Shown here piece by piece: positions 53,401 through 64,000 of a stretch of DNA of 64,000 bases (positions are counted from its first letter, which is position 1; every line of letters starts with the position of its first letter). Both the position numbers and the translations under genes were made by a program. This stretch comes from Hamiltosporidium tvaerminnensis FI-OER-3-3 (Eukaryota; Fungi; Microsporidia), in assembly GCA_022605425.2 (NCBI GenBank), contig CM061248.1, positions 868,001-932,000 on the forward strand, written 5' to 3'. The notes beneath the pieces were generated by a model. It had not been told where the DNA came from. It was given only the letters and a program-made list of their open reading frames with translations, and did not search any database.

Positions 53401-53800
53401 AACAAATTTGACGCTTCAAAAACAGATTAGATTACATAATAAATATAAGGTTTTGGTAATCCTCTATTCAATAACATAAATGGTGTATTTTAAAAATACC
53501 AAAAGAAGTAGCGTGAAGACTAAAAATTTCAGGAATTATGAAGCATATATTGTGTAGAAAGTTTATAAGGAGAGAATGAAACTGTTTTCTTTGATAGATA
53601 AAGAGAATAGCAGTCAGAAGACAATTCAGAAGAGAGCTATTAAAGTGAGTTTTAAAGTTGTATTTTTAAATCTTAGATTCTTTAAATATCAAAAAACTTC
53701 TTAGGGCAAGCGAATAACAAAAAATACGTGATAAACGAGCAAATACAGAAAAATATTTTATTTTTTATTTTAGATGTCATAACATCTTTGGAAGAACAAG
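50440..53800 (+). mobile_element. Old, nearly full-length decayed copy of the RLE LINE
   Basis: Ordered remnants: SYLI..SNLYK..VTKVV..QLGAVRR (51450-51610), LSQK..KYKKLTIETD (51885), MGLE (52043), RRHKE (53140), EAYI (53540), FFDR (53587). Confidence 0.7.
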
Positions 53801-53949
53801 CCTTTTGAAGAATCTTTATAATTTAGAGAAAAGTAGAGGGTGTTAAAAATGATCAAAAAAATTGTAAAAAAAATAGAATATTTGTTAACTAAAATAAATA
53901 AAAACATACTTTACTATTTGTTTCATGTCTTGTGAAAATCTGATCAAGA

Positions 53950-54900
53950 ATATGGGTGCAATGATATCCAAGCTTTGCAATATTCATAAGTTTTTAAATA
54001 ATCTGCAGTTAACTGACATATTTTATTTATCTTTTCAAATGAATATTGTAACAAAGTGACAAATATAGTATGCCACGTAGAAAAATAACATAATAAAGCC
54101 AAAGAAAAAAGTTTTTAAATAAATTCGGCAAGAAAAGGTGGTTTCAGAAAGTTTTTTAAGTGCCATGCTTTGATACAAAGAGATTCTTTGTTTGTCTTAA
54201 ATTAAAGCTCTAAAAAGCTATTTAAATCTTAGAAATAGCATGAAAGAAACTCTGTGAAAAAAAGATAGGATCGTTGATCTATCCTCAAAACATCACTAGA
54301 ATAGTGAGAAATTCGGGCGATGCTTGAAAGGAAATAAGTAGAGCACATATGAAAAAAATTGGTCGAAATAAATGAATAAAAGCACGTTTATGTGATTAAC
54401 TAGTTATTAACCATATCTTAAACACCGTAAATATTGTTTAAAAACATCTAATCGGATAGTATCTAGGTATATCAAAAAGAATAATAACTACAAGTGCATA
54501 TGAAAAGTAAAGACTTTATCCAGTATTACTCGCATACATGAACCTACTCTAAATTGCAAATCGGTTGTCACAATTAAAAGATGGTAGCCAAGACATATAT
54601 CAAGCCTTTCTCAGACATAGGAATACATGCTTGTAAGACATAGAAATTCGCCAAACGTAACGGAGCGACGATGGATGTATGGTAAACCATCTTTAATTAT
54701 ATGTAGAATTAGCAATAACCTATTAAGATGACTGAGAACCTGCGGGAATACCGGTTTCAAAAATACTATGAGATTTCAAATTCGTAAAAGAGGTCGAAAG
54801 GCCCAGATATCAGATTGGCTATATTTAAAAACGTCCGAAATACGAGTTTAAAAATAACTTAAAATGTAATTACGACCGTTGACGACTTTATTTTCGTACA
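53950..54900 (+). mobile_element. Possible second integrase relic (Ty3/gypsy-like)
   Basis: KRWFQK..VP, IYPQ..IV and STFM*LTSY*PY (cf. W..RFGVP, YPQxNGxVER, STxHxxTGYSPY) in order. Confidence 0.35.
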
Positions 54901-55102
54901 AAAATTACTTTCACAAGGAAATATGAAAATCACAGTATCCTTGATAATAAACGAATACTACAGTCTATTGATCGCAAAAAATAGAAGTTTTAGAAAACAA
55001 GGTTTAATCTCTAAGTCAGCTCTAAGCCATTAAGCAAATAAGTTGGTAAGTAACAACACGTTTAAATTAAAAAAAAATAATTTTAAAACAATATATACAT
55101 TT

Positions 55103-55411
55103 TTAATTATACAAGAGAAAAATAGGATAAGAGTCAATAAGATCTAAGGAAATGGTTGAGTCACGGGGTTTTGGAGTCGTTTTTTGCTTTTTAATTCTTT
55201 CTATATTAGCTATAATCCTCGGAACATCTATTTCTTGCTTTAGTTTGTTTAACCGCGAACTATTTGGGTTATTTTCCGAGTCATTATTGTTATAATTTAA
55301 ATCCAATTTGTTTTGTGTACGTGTAGATTTACCATAAAACGTAAGAAGGCAATATACGTCCATCGAAATTGCAAAACCTATGTAATAGAACAAAGCAAGA
55401 ATAGAATTCAT
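55103..55411 (-). CDS. Small putative secreted hypothetical protein (102 aa)
   Basis: ATG ORF with signal-peptide-like MNSILALFYYIGFAIS followed by a polar region. Confidence 0.5.
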   Translation of the reverse strand: MNSILALFYYIGFAISMDVYCLLTFYGKSTRTQNKLDLNYNNNDSENNPNSSRLNKLKQEIDVPRIIANIERIKKQKTTPKPRDSTISLDLIDSYPIFLLYN

Positions 55412-56180
55412 AGTTACAAAATTAAAAATAATATTTGTTTTAATTTTAAATTGAAATGAAAAATATTTTTGAGGATTTCTAAATTTTCTTCCAACATTAA
55501 AAATTCATATATCTTTATTTTTATTTTATTAAATAATTTAAAACGAATTAAATATATGTCGCCATGCATATTTTTTAATAGCTCGCTTCTTTCTTATGTA
55601 AGAAACACAATCTAAAATGAATCATAATTTTTCAAAAAAAAACAGGTTTTCCAAAATTATTTTTCTTTGGATTGGTTAAGTTTTCAGCCCAACACAACCA
55701 TGTAATGTTTAAGCAAATAAATTTTAAACTAAAATCAATTTACATATTCTCTTAATAAACCAATTTTTGACTTTTTATAGTTTTTGAAATAAACTATAAC
55801 GTTATTCGAAAAGATTTTACACATCTAAATTTCTCTAAATCTACATTGTAGCAGAATGAATGTATATGTGGAACAGGAGGATTTCAATATAAAATGAACT
55901 TATTTGGTTGGTTTGCCAACAAATCACGTAAACTCTTACAATAAACCTCCACCCATTACCGATCGATTACTTAATATTTTATTTAGAGATTATTTTTTAT
56001 AATTTGTACTTGATAAAAAAAAATATTGTATTTCTTTCTACATAAATAAAAAAAGTAAATTTGAACGACATATATTCAAAAGATATTAATTGATAAAATT
56101 CGATACTAACTTAGAATATAATATAGCAAATTAGGTTTGTCGTAAATTATTTTTATAATAAAGTAATTTGAGATATACAT

Positions 56181-58004
56181 TTATACAATAAAATTCTGGG
56201 TTAACAAATTTTGTCTTTTAAATAATTATTTTTACTATTTCAACATCTTCCATCTTTTCCTCTAAATACGAGTTTTCATTTGCATTAATTGTATTTCTCT
56301 ACTGTGGTTTTGCTATCTGAAATAAGGGGTAAAAGACTTTTTCTAATTTCCGTTTTAACACCATCTTCCTCGTTGTCTACTCGCTTTAAAGGATGTGTTG
56401 GTTTTTTATGCATCATAGCTCCTTAAATAACACGTAATGATGCCTTTTCCTAGCTTCTTTGGCATTTGGTCCGTATTCAAGTCCTCATCGTCGACCAAAA
56501 GAAATTTTTTCGACCGCTTTTTGAGTACTATAGATTGCATACCTGCCTCTACATTCATGTGTATTTGTAGTCTTTTAAAAACATCTTGGTATTTTGTTCC
56601 AATATCGTTCCAAGTCATCACATAAGGAATTATCTCTATACTACATTTATGAATGATGGCGAACTTATTTGCTAATAGTTCGTACTTCTAAAGTTTCTCC
56701 TTTTCAACTATTTGAAAAGGTTTTAGTGGGATTCCTGCTTTAATGAGGGTTATCTTATTCTTCCTCTTGTCAATAATAAATATGTCGGGTCTGTTACACC
56801 AATCTTGACATCTGTTTTTATTCTAGTGTTCACTTTTACCTCTGCATGTTCATTATTAAAAAAATTTTTACACCGAGGGACTCATAATTTGTTTTAAAGA
56901 CTTGAATAAATATTTATTTAGTAGGATTAAGTATTTGCATTGTGAAACTTCATTTTTTGGTCTAGTATAGTCACTCTAGCTTTTTCTCGCATCTTGTTGC
57001 TAAGAAGTCTACCGTTAGACATATTTAGTTGCTGCGTGTGAAATACCTTCGGTACTCCGGCAATCTACTTCTATCTTATATAGAACAGAACACTGCTTGA
57101 TCAGGTGGTCTTATACTTCCTTTCTTTAACCATCTTGAAGAGTCATTCACACTTACAAGCTCGTTATTACTAGCTTTATAGCATTGAATGTAGTTTTCGG
57201 TTTTTGATTTCGTTATATAGGTTAGCTAGTTGAGCTTCTTCCAAATTCTTCTTTGTGACTTCTTCTTCCAACTCGTATTTAATTTTTAAAAAGTTTTTTT
57301 AGTGAAAAGTGGGTTTTATAATTATTTTCAACCTTTAGAATTGCTGCGCTTCTGGTCGATGTATTTTTATGTTTTTCAAGACAATTCAAGTGTTGCAAAA
57401 TCATATTCCTTTTAAGTCTACACTATATAAACTTCTTCATAGTTCTTTACGGGGAAAGTATAGAAGTTATTTACATCCTAGGCGTAGATGTATTGATTCT
57501 GTACTAGCAGTGCACGCACTTCATAATCTAACTAAAAGAAGTCAGTTGATCAAGACAAGGTACTTCTATTTGGTAGTAGGTTGACGATATCGGATGTTGA
57601 TATTTTGCCAAAAATAATTTTTTAGCATTCAATTTTGTTGCAAAAAAGTTTTTCTACTCGGAATTTATGTTTTATTGTACTTCCTCGAACGACATACTTC
57701 TTAAGATTCCTCTGCTATATTCTTTTGTTCTTGAGTATTTTGAAACACCTTTTCATTGAAAAAGAGTGGCTGTATCTTCACATCACGGGTTTTTTATAGC
57801 CGATTTCTCTTTGTTTATTTCTAATCGTATATTGTTCATTCACCTCTTCCGTCATTTCCTTCAATGTTTGTTCATCTTTTTCAGGTAACCGAGATCCTCA
57901 AATAATAATATTACTATGCCGCACGGGATTCTGCATCTGTCTTTAATGTCATCTTTGGGTTTTTTTATTAAGCTTTCGGCTCCATAGATCAATACACAAT
58001 AAAA
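56181..58004 (-). mobile_element. Decayed 5'-truncated copy of the RLE LINE with ~10-bp TSD
   Basis: Collinear with 16903-18765; MTWNDIGTKY, NRPDI; flanked by AGATATACAT (56171-56180) / AGAAATACAT (58005-58014). Confidence 0.88.
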
Positions 58005-61000
58005 AGAAATACATACAAAAATTAATACAAAGAAAGAAAATATTTTGGTTTTTTATGAAGAAGTTGTAATAAAAGACAATTTAATGGTTTTCTACATTTT
58101 TTAAACAATTAATAATATTTTTCATCATTTCAAGTCAAAAAATATAATAACAAAAAATAATAGCATATTTTTTTAGAAATTGATATAGTTAAGAAGTTAC
58201 CAACATGTAATAAATTCAGTTAAATTTATTGGAGAAATAATCAATAAAAAGACCAAGTGTTTGTCTCTTATTTAGCTTTGAACATTTTTGTATATTTTAT
58301 TTTAAGGAATGTTTCTTCGGATAGATAGATTTTGTTAAAAGCGGAAATAAAACTGTGAGAAAATGTATGGACTTGGTGTAAATACGAAGTTAAAAGACTC
58401 TTATACAATTCAATTAATTTTGAATTCAAATATTTTTTTAAAAAGAATTTGTGCATTGCATATCTATTAGTTACAATTAAACTCCGGTACTAGCCTTTCA
58501 AGATCAGCCGAAAAGAGATTTAAAGAATTTAAATATAATTTTTTTGCAAAATGAAACCAGAAAAACTCTATCAAAATATATTTTCAAACTATCTAAAGTT
58601 TTTATTACAGGTCTTATAAACAGCTTCATTTTTTTTTACTAAATATTGCGCACCTATTAAAATGAATATGAAATTTGTTCGATCCTTCGCGTAAAAAGAC
58701 TATGTTGATAGAATCTTTAAATATGATTTAAAATTCGGGTTCTGTCTTTTTTTATTTCTTTGTGATTTAAAATTATAATGCTTCAATAATTCAGTTAAAT
58801 CCGTACAAAAAAACAACTTTATACTCATTTATTGCTTTGTGAATCAGAAAGAAGCTAATTCATTTAAGAAAAAATTTGAATGATTGCAATAACTTTAAAA
58901 CTGTATATAAAGTTTTGTACGGCAAGTTAGCGAACCAAACTAATCTGTTGTAAATCATCTTCGGAAATTTCCTAAATTTACTCACGTAATTGACGAGTTA
59001 TGTGTACGTGCAATTCTATATAGTTGAAGGTTAAATGACTGGTATATAAGCCGTAACAGTTTCAAGTATACTCCATATAACGATTTTTTGGAAATAATAA
59101 ATGTATTATAAATGATTTTGAATTATCTTAATCTCCTGATTGAAAATATAAGAGTAACAAAGACATATTTCCTCGCATTATATCTTTCCTTATTTAGTTG
59201 TAATATGATTTGAATATCACCTTCTATGATTTTTCGACTTGATCAAAAATATCTTGTCTATTGGACGTGCTTTGAATGCTAAAAACATCTAATGGTTCTT
59301 TACAAACCTTCTATTTGTCAATAAAATTTAGAATAAAATAAATTTTCAGTAATATTTAGAATATCATTTAGCCCATCCACAGCCAAATAAAACTATCCAA
59401 AGGTCTGATTTATATTGAATGTAATGTCCATAAATCTTCTTGCTACTGTGTTTGGAGATAAATAAATTTTAAAATGTATTGAAACCTTTAAGGCAATATC
59501 TCCATGATTTATTTTTTGATAAGATTTTAATAATTATAGTTCTTTAATTAGCTTACGATGTTTCCCAAAAAAATATTGTTACATAAAAATTTTATGTATC
59601 TTACATCTTGTCCAGCTCTTAATTTATATAATAAATTATATTGGAATTTACATACTCGTTTTTAAGCTTTAAATTTCATTCCTAAAATTTACAGACTATT
59701 CCGTGATTCAGAGAATTATAAGTTTAAGAAGATGCATTTGATATTATTGATTCACAAGATATGTAGTTTCCTAAGACAAAAATTGGTATTACTACATAAA
59801 GAGAACAACACCACTTCTGTTTTTCCTTTCTGTATTCATTATCTATTTTGTTTTGTCGGTACGAATTTTAAGTTAAATTAGGGAAATAAGAAAATACAAC
59901 GCATTAGCTACAGAGAATATCAAAATTTTGTTTATGAAATGCAGGTTTTTTTGCTGGTAATACGCTCTTAATCTTTTAAAAAGAAAGTTTATGTTTTGCC
60001 GAAGCCTTGCCAATCAAAAGAAGACATGTCTCCGGGGCGCCTATCCTTAACGAAGCTCTAATCCCCCGTGGAATGTATTCCATCCATAAAGAAAGAAACA
60101 ATCTAATATAAAAATAAAACGAGATCACAGTAAAGTACACCACTAGATTTTAAATAAAAAAAAATAAAGGAGCGTTTACTTAGTAGTTCAAGAACAACTA
60201 AAACAACGTAAAGTCATAAAAGAAGTGATCTCTATATCTCATAAGACCAAAGCCACAAAGTTTTTTTTGATAATTTAATATTATACAATAATTTCTATTG
60301 TAGGTAATGATAAAAATCTGTTTAAAAAATACTAAACCAAAATGCTATGTTATTTTTTTGATAAGCACGAACAGCCTAGCAAATTAATCAAAACCCCAGA
60401 CTTTAGATCTGAAAACTAGAAATATTAAGCCAAGCAGGAGAGAATGCATTTTATTTATCATCAGATTAACTACCAGTCGAATTGCGTACTTGCAAGTCAA
60501 TATAAGAATTTATAGAAAACCAGTCTTTAGTGTCGTTTTCTTGTTAAATCATCCAAAAAAAAACGTCATTCTAATGCTATGGGTTACTATTCATTTTTAA
60601 TCAAATATAAGAATAAAATAAAAACCACCTAGCTTAAGACCAATGGAGCAAGTGTTAAAAGAAATAGAATTAATAAAAAAAATCATTCGCAAATTATTCC
60701 TTTTTTTATAAGAATACAGCAAAAAAACTATTAGTTCTGGTCTTTTTATAGTAATTTCGTGTAAGCTGAACACAAATATTTATCTTCTTCTTACTATTTT
60801 AGAAAAATATTTATATTATTTTTAAGATTGTGTCGAGAATAACACTTTTCAAAACAATCTGATGAAATTTGTATTTGAAACATGCAAAAATGATATCTAA
60901 AGATTTTTTTTAGAATGATAATTACACTTAATATTCGGTATTTTATAAAAAACTATATAGAGGAGAAAGTCTACAAAATGCAAAAACTTTTTTCTAAAAG

Positions 61001-61199
61001 CATGGTTTGTATTTTTTTTATAAAATAAAATGAAGAAAACAATTGAACTTTATGGTAATTAAATTGTATAAGCATAGAGACCTAGCCTTCCTCCTTTAGA
61101 TTAGGAGAAAGAGAGACAAAGAAACGCAGAAATGTATATATTTTATAGAGCTTTTAAAGATAGTTTCCCCCACAATGCCGGGAAAGAATTGGCTTAGAA

Positions 61200-61560
61200 T
61201 ATACTCTGCTTGTGTAAGAGGCGACTAAAAAGGACCGGTCCCCCGGATTGGACTTAAGGCTAACAACTCACCTTTTTAAACTACACTAATACTAAACTTG
61301 AAAAAGTAGAAAACACCAGTGAGCGGTATTACAGAAGGACGGCCAAGGCTCGTGCAGGGGTGAATTTTGATGATAATTTGTAAAGCCACTTACTAGGATA
61401 TACCTCTTGATATGACCTTGCAGCGTCTGGTAAACTTTAAAAACTTCCAAGATATATTTTAGCTGAAAATTTATCAGTTTCCGTTTCATAGAGTGATAAG
61501 AGGGATTTAAAATCCTGGGAGTAACCCAGGTTTGATTTGGTAATAGGAAACACTAAAGCA
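61200..61560 (+). mobile_element. Possible non-LTR RT N-terminal relic (domains 0-2)
   Basis: KDRSPGLD..LFKL (cf. KAPGPDG), VLQKDG, NL* and a ..Q...RG block; GC-richer than its flanks. Confidence 0.3.
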
Positions 61561-63153
61561 ACAAAAATTAACAAACTTTAGGCACTTTCCCTGTTTGTTT
61601 ATTGAATTTTACAGATTTTTAGGATTAGAAGGTTTATAATTTATGTTACTTATGGAATAATGATATTTTGTTAAAGTACAGTCGTGAGTAAACCTCAAAA
61701 CTGTGTCAATATTAAAAAAATATAGAATATGCTACCTGTAGAAAATTATGTTAGTTTTTTTAAGAAAATTGAACTATCTAACAGTTGTCAAAAAACTAAT
61801 TATAAAGAAAAGGTATGTTCTTCGTTCTTTCTAGTCCTCTTTAAAATATTTTCAAAACATAAGCATCTTTTGTGGTAAATTAAACCTGCCAATATAAAAA
61901 TAAATCATCATAATATTTTAAAATTCATAACTCTTCTTTATGCTTTCTTTAAAAATAATTTTTGATTCGTTTTATTTGGGCGATTTTTGCTCTTTGGTTA
62001 TTATCCATCTAATTTCTGCCACAAAATAAACAATTGTTTTTTTAAAAAATCACAGTAATACAAATATCTAGAACTTTTTAGCTGTCTATACGTACCGAGA
62101 CTTGAATTTATGAAAAGTGTTTTTTAAGAAAAGATAGTATTCTGAATATACGAACAAGTCTATAAATACTTCTTAATTTTACAAAGTTATATTATATCTA
62201 ATAAGTTTAATAGCGAATATTTTTAATGTTTCTTCGTTGACATTCTTATCCCGTCTTGTTTGAGTTTTTGTGTAATTTTATAATCTTATTTTAGTTCTCG
62301 CATAACTATGATCTTCGAAACGCTAACAAAAGCATTTAAAATTCTGTTTAAAGTCTCGAATTTTACTTCTCGAAAAAATGTCTTAATAACGTTTATAATT
62401 ACTGAATTGAAATTAGCTCAAGAAATGTAATTAAACAAATCTAAATTTAAAATTAATAAATGTGAGTAAACATGAAAAAATACTTTTAATATATAAACAA
62501 AATAGAAAATTCTTAGTAAAACTAGGTCATTAAAAAAAATATTAAAATTTTGTTTAAAAATATATTTGGTATATTTCCTAAAGACTTGTTTTATTCATTT
62601 GTTAAATTTACGTTTCGAGAACATAAAATCTATACCATTGCATTTTATCAACTTTCTTTACATTTTTTATACCATTTTTTGCCATTCGATACAAATTCAA
62701 AACAAATTAAAACTGTCATTTTAAGAAATATCATTCTGATTCTAAAAATAATCAAATTTCGTATTTTTTATTAAGTGAAATTCTGCAAAAAATAAAAGAA
62801 CTTAATTTTTGTTTAATTAGTAATATAAAACTTAGCTGAAATCTAAGTAACAGTCAATTATTGATTCTTAAAACTACAAATAACAATCGAAAATCAAAAG
62901 AAATATTCGTTCATTTAAATTCTAAAAATAGTATTTTTATTCAACAAAATTTGACGTTTAGAAATACCAACAATTTTTCCTACTTACTCCTTTTAATTTA
63001 CAAACTTCTAAAACATTTTATAAAATTTGAATTAATTGAATGATAGGAGAAATCATTTTTGACGTTTTTTGAAAAAAATCAAAATTTTTTACTAAAAACT
63101 AAAATAGTAAATTGATTTTAAAACTATAAATACGTATTTTTTTTCTAAAATTT

Positions 63154-64000
63154 ATGAAATTTAATCTGTGCTTCTATCTCATAACGTTATTATACAAACC
63201 ACTTATTTTTGTGTTTATCTATTATTCGAGTGAAAGAAATATTAGATTTAATGTTGTAGATGAAAATGAAGGGTCGGACTTAGCTTCAATTAATAATGAA
63301 CTCAAACTCGAATGTCTATGTCAAATCAAAAGAGATGAGACTAATGAAAATGACGAAAAAAAATGTTTGGAAAGAATGCTTGTCAGAGATTCAAATAGGC
63401 AATATAAACAGTATTATATAGAATTTATTGAGAGAATTGGTCTTAAGTTTGATATATTTGAAAATTTTGACAAAATAAACAATAATATAGAAATATTTCT
63501 CTGTCATCATATAAAGAATTCTGATTTTTTACTTTTTTATGATTTTTTTTGTATCATACGGTTTATTAAATGATAAAATGACAATTGACAAATTTTATAC
63601 AACATTATATTTTTTAGAATATTTTAGAGTTGAATGTGATAATAAATTGCGAAATGTGATAAAAAATATTTGCTCTTATTTAGTGAAATCTGATGAAATG
63701 AAAAATTTTAACATCGAAAAAGTATCGTTTCATTTTTCAAAGCAAGACTATTTCTCACATGCTTTATTCAAAAAAATTTCAAAAGGATATTTAAAACTAC
63801 TGAATTTCGAAAATGCTTTAAAATTTTTATTTTTTATAAAAGAAAATGAATCTTATATTTACGATAAATATAAAGGGTTATTTACAGAAGATAGAAAGCA
63901 TACTCTAGTAATTAATGACGAATTTATTACATTTTTTTATAAAAAAGTGGTTTTGAATCATAATGTTGAATGTTTATTTTTAATAATTCTAAATACATTA
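63154..64000 (+). CDS. LRR-like family paralogue of 43310 (frameshift near 63550; runs off the window)
   Basis: IERIGLKFDIFENF..IFLCHHIK aligns with IERIGLEFGVFERF..IFLCKHIM; downstream gataataaattgcgaaatgtgataaaaa and tcgtttcattt.tcaaa.caagactattt are nearly identical. Confidence 0.75.

Noticed and set aside
1-64000. rRNA and tRNA genes; remaining 60-80 aa ORFs
   Set aside because: No cloverleaf or rRNA signatures recognised by eye; the short ORFs have near-cognate starts, AT-biased composition or lie in TE relics.

Overview
Very AT-rich eukaryotic DNA with low gene density and no visible introns, most consistent with a large-genome microsporidian (Hamiltosporidium-like). This rests on CCC motifs just upstream of housekeeping ATGs, reduced divergent proteins, Asn/Gly/Val-rich coding minisatellites and LRR-like paralogue families; the taxon is an inference. 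Recognisable genes: a WDR6/Trm734-like WD40 protein inflated by coding minisatellites and broken by about 10 single-base indels (11478-5289, -), an intact Sac1 phosphoinositide phosphatase (22335-20770, -), a Rix7/NVL AAA ATPase with two +1 indels (27040-25530, -), two LRR-family paralogues, two small C-terminally membrane-anchored paralogues and a few hypothetical proteins. Much of the rest is mobile DNA: one near-complete and four decayed copies of an RLE-endonuclease (R4/Dong-like) non-LTR retrotransposon, a hAT (Buster/Charlie-like) transposase relic, and integrase and RT relics. Best candidate for an undescribed system: a non-coding, GC-enriched repeat of about 730 bp present 7-8 times. 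It has no TIRs, no LTR-type termini, no tRNA head and no poly(A) tail. Five copies are flanked by target-site duplications of about 10 bp, the same length seen around the RLE LINE, and both elements end in a TTAAATAAA-like terminus. This points to a non-tRNA SINE-like RNA mobilised by the RLE LINE. All alignments were done by eye, so coordinates of decayed elements are approximate.
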